Assembly: GCA_036785375.1 (NCBI GenBank)
Contig: JAWMAR010000003.1
Span: forward strand, 23,560,001 to 23,624,000
Length of the DNA: 64,000 nt
Direction: 5' to 3'
Source: Leucoraja ocellata
Taxonomy: Eukaryota
Part shown: one piece after another, positions 62,501 through 64,000 of the stretch
Layout: every line of letters starts with the position of its first letter
How positions within the stretch are numbered: the stretch's first letter is position 1
The notes under the pieces: model-generated
Databases searched by the model: none
What the model saw: only the letters and a program-made list of their open reading frames with translations
Told to the model about the DNA's origin: nothing
Program-made: the position numbers and the translations under genes

Positions 62501-64000
62501 GTGGCTGCTATTTGTACACATTGTGTATGCAAGCAAAGAATCTCACTGTGCTTAGTCACATGTGACAATAAAGTATTCATATCCTTATGCTTTGGATCTT
62601 GGGCAGTTCCTTCTCTCCTCCATACTTTGCTCTTACCATCACTCTGATATAAATTAATCTTCGTATCATCTGTCCACAAGAACTTTTTCAAGAACTGTGG
62701 TTGCTCTTTTAACTAACTCTTGGCAAACTGTAACCTGGCCATCCTATATTTGCGGCTAACCAGTTGGTTGCATCTTTCAGTGTAGCCTCTGTATTTCTGT
62801 CCATGAAGTCTTCTGCAGACAGTGGTCATTGCCAAACCCACACCTGACTCCTGAAGAGTGTTTCTGATCTGTCGCACAGGTATTTGGGGATTTTTCTTCA
62901 TTATAGAGAGAATTTTTCAGTCATCAGCTATAGAGGTCTTCCTTGGCCTGCCAGTCCCTTTGTGATTAGTAAGCTCACCAGTGCTCTCTTTCCTCTTAAT
63001 GATGTTCCAAACAGTTGATTTTGGTAAGCCTAAGGTTTGGCTGATGTCTCTAACAGTTTTATTCTTGTTTCTCAGTCTCATAATGACTTCTCCGACTTTC
63101 ATTGGCACAACTTTGGTCCTCATGTTGATAATCAGCAATAAAAGTTTCCAAAGGTGATGGAAAGACTGGAGGAAAGACTAGGTGCTGAGAGCTGTCTTAT
63201 ACCTGCATTAAGGAGGCAATTAAGCACACCTGAGCAATTACAAACACCTGTGATGCCATGTTTCGCAAGCATTATGGCGTCCTGAAATGGGGGAAATATG
63301 TAATTTCTACATGGTGAAACCAAAATGTATAAAAATACCCTTTTAATAAAATCTGACAATGTGCACTTTAACCACATGTGATTTTTTTCTATTACAAATC
63401 TCAAATTGTGGAGTACAGAGGCAAATATATAAATGATGGGTCTTTGTCCCAAACATTATGGAGGGCACTGTTGCATTAATCCATTTCTAGATTCTCAACT
63501 GCCAAGATAAAGTTTTTTCAAATGGAGCAGTTTGCACATTTAGGATTAAATAAGACAGGATTACTATAATTTGATGCAAAGGATTCAGACCTTCAATCAT
63601 CCCAAATATTCCCAGTGTTATAGTACCAGGATTAGAACTCTAAAACTCATTTCTAGTGAAAGTTAACACCCAAGTATTTAACAATAAAAATAGGTCTATT
63701 ATTAGGCAGCCCCGTTCTACAAAAAATGCCAATGGGTCAGCTAGTCCACAATGCTTCCACATAAATCTTACCTTTCTTCTTGGATGGGGAATCAGTTTTA
63801 TCGACTGGCTTGATCGGATTCCCAGTATCGTTCGACTCCTCATTTTCTTGAACCAATGGAGCAATTGCTATGGGAGGTTCAATGTGTTCTGAACTACACG
63901 TGAAATTGTCCATAGACTGCGACATAACTTCTCCCACTGTTAAAGGCTCAGGTTTCACTAATGGCGGGGGAGTCGAATTGTCGTGAGAATTTACAAATGG
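17409..64000 (-). CDS. LPIN1: Lipin-1 (Mg2+-dependent phosphatidate phosphatase / transcriptional coactivator), 3' portion; 14 coding exons, 5' exons lie beyond the window end
   Basis: Manually spliced exons with GT-AG boundaries translate colinearly with vertebrate lipin-1: [79 protein letters not shown]. The C-terminal SSDFPCSD and QEHAKTN stretches match LPIN1 as I recall it, rather than LPIN2/3. Confidence 0.93.
18000..21340 (+). mobile_element. Cluster of highly decayed CR1 LINE fragments
   Basis: Remnants of endonuclease ([14 protein letters not shown]) and RT (AGTGGTGTTCCACA, TTTGCAAATGACAC) with many stops; ends approximate. Confidence 0.7.
21345..23776 (+). mobile_element. CR1 LINE (endonuclease to 3' end) with internal deletions
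   Basis: MGDFN-type endonuclease [21 protein letters not shown], 3' tail CCTATTGTCTATGTTTCTA. Confidence 0.9.
23842..24272 (+). mobile_element. CR1 LINE 3' fragment
   Basis: [26 protein letters not shown]; tail CCTATTGTCTATT. Confidence 0.88.
24660..24954. mobile_element. Short GC-rich MITE-like insertion inside a decayed CR1 (24290-25550), containing a (GT)n/(GC)n tract
   Basis: Flanked by TGTTTTAGG / TGTTTTGGG direct repeats; weak TIRs (GGGTGGAA / TTCCGCTC). Confidence 0.45.
25701..25804 (-). CDS. LPIN1: LPIN1 exon: [35 protein letters not shown]
   Basis: CAG / GTAAGT boundaries, in phase. Confidence 0.96.
27575..27920 (-). mobile_element. CR1 LINE 3' fragment
   Basis: ORF 27681..27881 [33 protein letters not shown]. 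Confidence 0.8.
30245..30359 (-). CDS. LPIN1: LPIN1 exon: [38 protein letters not shown]
   Basis: TAG / GTAAGT boundaries; visible in ORF 30188..30448. Confidence 0.96.
30698..30908. mobile_element. Two Penelope pLTR-end fragments head-to-head (palindromic)
   Basis: 30698-30790 is the reverse complement of ~30790-30875; flanked by AGAGGTGACAG / AGAGGTCACAG (30687-97, 30909-19). Confidence 0.75.
31198..33045 (-). mobile_element. Young CR1 LINE, 5'-truncated
   Basis: ORFs 31531-32292 ([31 protein letters not shown]). Confidence 0.92.
33283..33435 (-). CDS. LPIN1: LPIN1 exon: [51 protein letters not shown]
   Basis: CAG / GTGAC boundaries; near-identical to the lipin C-terminal domain. Confidence 0.96.
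33760..34170 (-). mobile_element. Penelope-related terminal fragment with purine-rich flank
   Basis: Minus strand reads CTGAAGAAGGGCACAACCCGAAAC..AGATGCTGCCTGACC. Confidence 0.55.
35163..35330 (-). mobile_element. Short retroposon 3' end with (CTAT)n tail
   Basis: (AGAT)5 microsatellite adjoining TGACAATAAGG on the minus strand. Confidence 0.45.
35515..35975 (+). mobile_element. Decayed CR1 3' fragment
   Basis: [14 protein letters not shown]..; tail CCTACTCCTGGTTCTATTGTTATGTTCTA. Confidence 0.7.
37390..37475 (-). CDS. LPIN1: LPIN1 exon: [29 protein letters not shown] (LxxIL coactivator motif; apparent -1 indel at ~37462)
   Basis: CAG / GTAAGT boundaries, 89-bp upstream intron; 86 nt where phase requires 87. 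Confidence 0.92.
37565..37713 (-). CDS. LPIN1: LPIN1 exon with the catalytic DIDGT motif (37573-37587): [16 protein letters not shown]...[29 protein letters not shown]
   Basis: CAG / GT boundaries; HAD DxDxT motif; compensating +1/-1 indel turns TTQYQG into TNTISG. Confidence 0.95.
38537..38677 (-). CDS. LPIN1: LPIN1 exon: [13 protein letters not shown]...[14 protein letters not shown] (apparent -1 indel at ~38560)
   Basis: TAG / GTAAGT boundaries; ESSSSDE and LRLxSDQL lie in different frames; 141 nt, one short of phase requirement. Confidence 0.9.
39380..42192 (+). mobile_element. Young CR1 LINE: end of ORF1 (SGNH-esterase-like DGLHLN), endonuclease, RT with internal deletion, 3' end
   Basis: ORFs 39295..39672 ([11 protein letters not shown]), 40099.. 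(IMGDFN), 41029.. ([15 protein letters not shown]), 41511..42119. Confidence 0.92.
42564..42631 (-). CDS. LPIN1: LPIN1 exon: [23 protein letters not shown] (poorly conserved linker)
   Basis: CAG / GTATGT boundaries; phase 0 to phase 2 links the flanking exons. Confidence 0.8.
43770..43905 (+). mobile_element. Ancient DeuSINE/L2-type 3' tail
   Basis: CAGTGACTACACTTTGAAAAGTATTTCTTGGTTTTAATGTGCTTTG..ATAAATACAAGCCTTT resembles the shared DeuSINE/L2 tail (from recall). Confidence 0.45.
44048..45920 (-). mobile_element. Penelope-like element (RT N-part and GIY-YIG endonuclease), interrupted by an L2 fragment
   Basis: [23 protein letters not shown] (45560-45700); [33 protein letters not shown] (ORF 44400..44657). 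Confidence 0.88.
45130..45560 (-). mobile_element. L2-clade LINE 3' fragment
   Basis: [50 protein letters not shown]; (ATT)n tail. Confidence 0.85.
46651..46743 (-). CDS. LPIN1: LPIN1 exon: [31 protein letters not shown]
   Basis: CAG / GTACGT boundaries; [14 protein letters not shown] motif. Confidence 0.95.
47280..48583. mobile_element. Non-autonomous Tc1/mariner-superfamily (Tigger/pogo-like) DNA transposon
   Basis: Perfect TIR CAGGTGCACAACCTTTTATCCG at both ends; TA duplication at 47278-79 and 48584-85; no transposase ORF. Confidence 0.85.
48413..48484 (-). pseudogene. tRNA-Met(CAT)-like degenerate sequence inside the TIR element
   Basis: TGGCTCAGTGGTAGAGT D-arm/A box, CTCATAT anticodon loop, AGGTC variable loop, degenerate T arm GCGAGTTTGCGCCTTG; acceptor stem poor. 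Confidence 0.5.
49570..50232 (+). mobile_element. Penelope-like element 3' part (GIY-YIG and pLTR)
   Basis: [32 protein letters not shown] encoded at ~49725-49820; terminal CTGAAGAAGGGTCTCGACCC block. Confidence 0.88.
50547..50616 (-). CDS. LPIN1: LPIN1 exon: [23 protein letters not shown]
   Basis: TAG / GTGAG boundaries, in phase. Confidence 0.95.
50906..50968. repeat. 26-bp inverted repeat (hairpin)
   Basis: TTAAACTATCTATTGCTCAAAAACAT ... ATGTTTTTGAGCAATAGACAGTTTAA. Confidence 0.75.
50972..52007. mobile_element. Non-autonomous DNA transposon (~1.04 kb)
   Basis: TIRs TAGCAATGTTACAAAA / TTTTGTAACATACCTA; direct repeat TTAAGTG on both sides (50965-71, 52008-14). Confidence 0.75.
52015..52374 (+). 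mobile_element. Penelope RT core fragment
   Basis: Translates as [58 protein letters not shown]. Confidence 0.88.
52375..54340 (+). mobile_element. Left part of a CAGGGCTC-terminated DNA transposon (same family as 57606-59825); right TIR not found; contains C-rich degenerate tandem repeat 53080-53760
   Basis: 52375-52470 aligns with 57606-57700; inserted into the Penelope RT; Penelope end resumes at ~54342. Confidence 0.65.
54342..54530 (+). mobile_element. Penelope pLTR end fragment
   Basis: GACATCAGTCTAAAGAAGGGTCTCGACCCGAAACGTC..AGATGCTGCC..CCAGCATCTGCAGTTC. Confidence 0.8.
54714..54807 (-). CDS. LPIN1: LPIN1 exon: [32 protein letters not shown] (middle-lipin domain)
   Basis: CAG / GTAAGT boundaries; [14 protein letters not shown] conserved. 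Confidence 0.95.
55473..55603 (+). mobile_element. Penelope pLTR end fragment (solo)
   Basis: Same ~130-bp block as 4860-4995 and 54400-54530. Confidence 0.8.
55988..57384. mobile_element. Putative non-autonomous DNA element with 26-bp imperfect terminal IRs and a ~530-bp internal palindrome (56356-56885)
   Basis: TTAAATAAGCGAGTTCGGTATTCTGA (55988-56013) vs reverse complement of 57359-57384, TTGAATAAGCCAGTTTGGTATTCTGA. Confidence 0.6.
58300..58645 (-). mobile_element. V-SINE with a Penelope-end insertion (~58385-58485)
   Basis: Same tail and core as 2758-3064. Confidence 0.7.
58787..59017 (+). mobile_element. V-SINE, 3'-interrupted
   Basis: GTGGCACAGCTGGTAGA..GTTCGATCC head; CTCCCACATCCCAAAGA core. 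Confidence 0.75.
59018..59462 (-). mobile_element. Penelope-like element 3' fragment (GIY-YIG C-part and pLTR)
   Basis: ORF 59207..59527 [45 protein letters not shown]. Confidence 0.88.
59081..59108 (-). ncRNA. Minimal hammerhead-ribozyme-like motif in a Penelope pLTR (best-preserved copy)
   Basis: CUGAAGA-A-GGGUC-UC-GACCC-GAAAC-GUC: core boxes, stem II and GUC triplet; stem I weak. Confidence 0.55.
60011..60198 (-). CDS. LPIN1: LPIN1 exon: CENNAAGR...[43 protein letters not shown]
   Basis: CAG acceptor, GTAAT donor, 122-bp upstream intron; [14 protein letters not shown] and ISLCGGL conserved. Confidence 0.95.
60321..60414 (-). CDS. LPIN1: LPIN1 exon: [31 protein letters not shown]
   Basis: AG acceptor 60415-16, GT donor 60319-20, phases consistent. 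Confidence 0.95.
61577..61808. mobile_element. hAT-type MITE nested in the Tc1
   Basis: Ends CAAGAGTTCCCAACC / GGTTTGGAACCCTG; 8-bp duplication CTGTAGAA / CAGTAGAA. Confidence 0.75.
61990..62580 (+). mobile_element. GC-rich non-autonomous retroposon with a Rex1-like 3' tail, nested in the Tc1 transposase
   Basis: Interrupts the transposase after DPKH; tail CACATGTGACAATAAAGT resembles the Rex1-like tail at 11435-11460 (minus strand). Confidence 0.6.
63772..64000 (-). CDS. LPIN1: LPIN1 exon, 5'-truncated by the window edge: PFVNSHD...[12 protein letters not shown](G|)
   Basis: Open frame from 64000; donor GTAAG at 63771; KTDSPSKKK matches lipin-1 KTDSPSRKR. Confidence 0.88.

Larger units (their letters stand above)
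61026..63470 (-). mobile_element. Tc1-family transposon, decayed, with ~200-bp TIRs and two nested insertions
   Basis: TIR CAGTGCCCTCCATAATGT.. at both ends; transposase pieces [17 protein letters not shown] (62917-63138), [33 protein letters not shown]; stops and frameshifts; TA duplication degraded. Confidence 0.9.

Noticed and set aside
61824-62691. 192-aa and 181-aa minus-strand ORFs
   Set aside because: Chimeras of Tc1 transposase fragments and the antisense of a nested GC-rich retroposon

Overview
Eukaryotic, intron-rich vertebrate DNA. The repeat content (HE1/V-SINE-like SINEs with CR1 tails, abundant CR1 LINEs, Penelope fragments) suggests a cartilaginous fish, probably a skate or ray; this is inference. 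The only supportable protein-coding gene is the 3' portion of LPIN1 (lipin-1 phosphatidate phosphatase) on the minus strand: 14 coding exons from the window edge (64000) to the TGA at 17409, all with GT-AG introns. As written, three adjacent exons (38.7-37.4 kb) carry single-base indels that truncate the protein before the DIDGT catalytic motif. These are most likely assembly errors but should be checked. The rest is intron or intergenic DNA rich in CR1, Rex1/Babar, L2 and Penelope retroelements, V-SINEs, a decayed Tc1 transposon and several non-autonomous DNA transposons. The most notable observations are: many Penelope-derived minimal hammerhead-ribozyme motifs; a young inverted CR1 pair bracketing a frame-symmetric exon block that holds the catalytic site; two CR1 copies sharing a 3' flank; an unexplained intronic duplication; and composite TIR elements carrying hairpins and a tRNA-Met-like segment. 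I did not find a clearly new protein-coding system.
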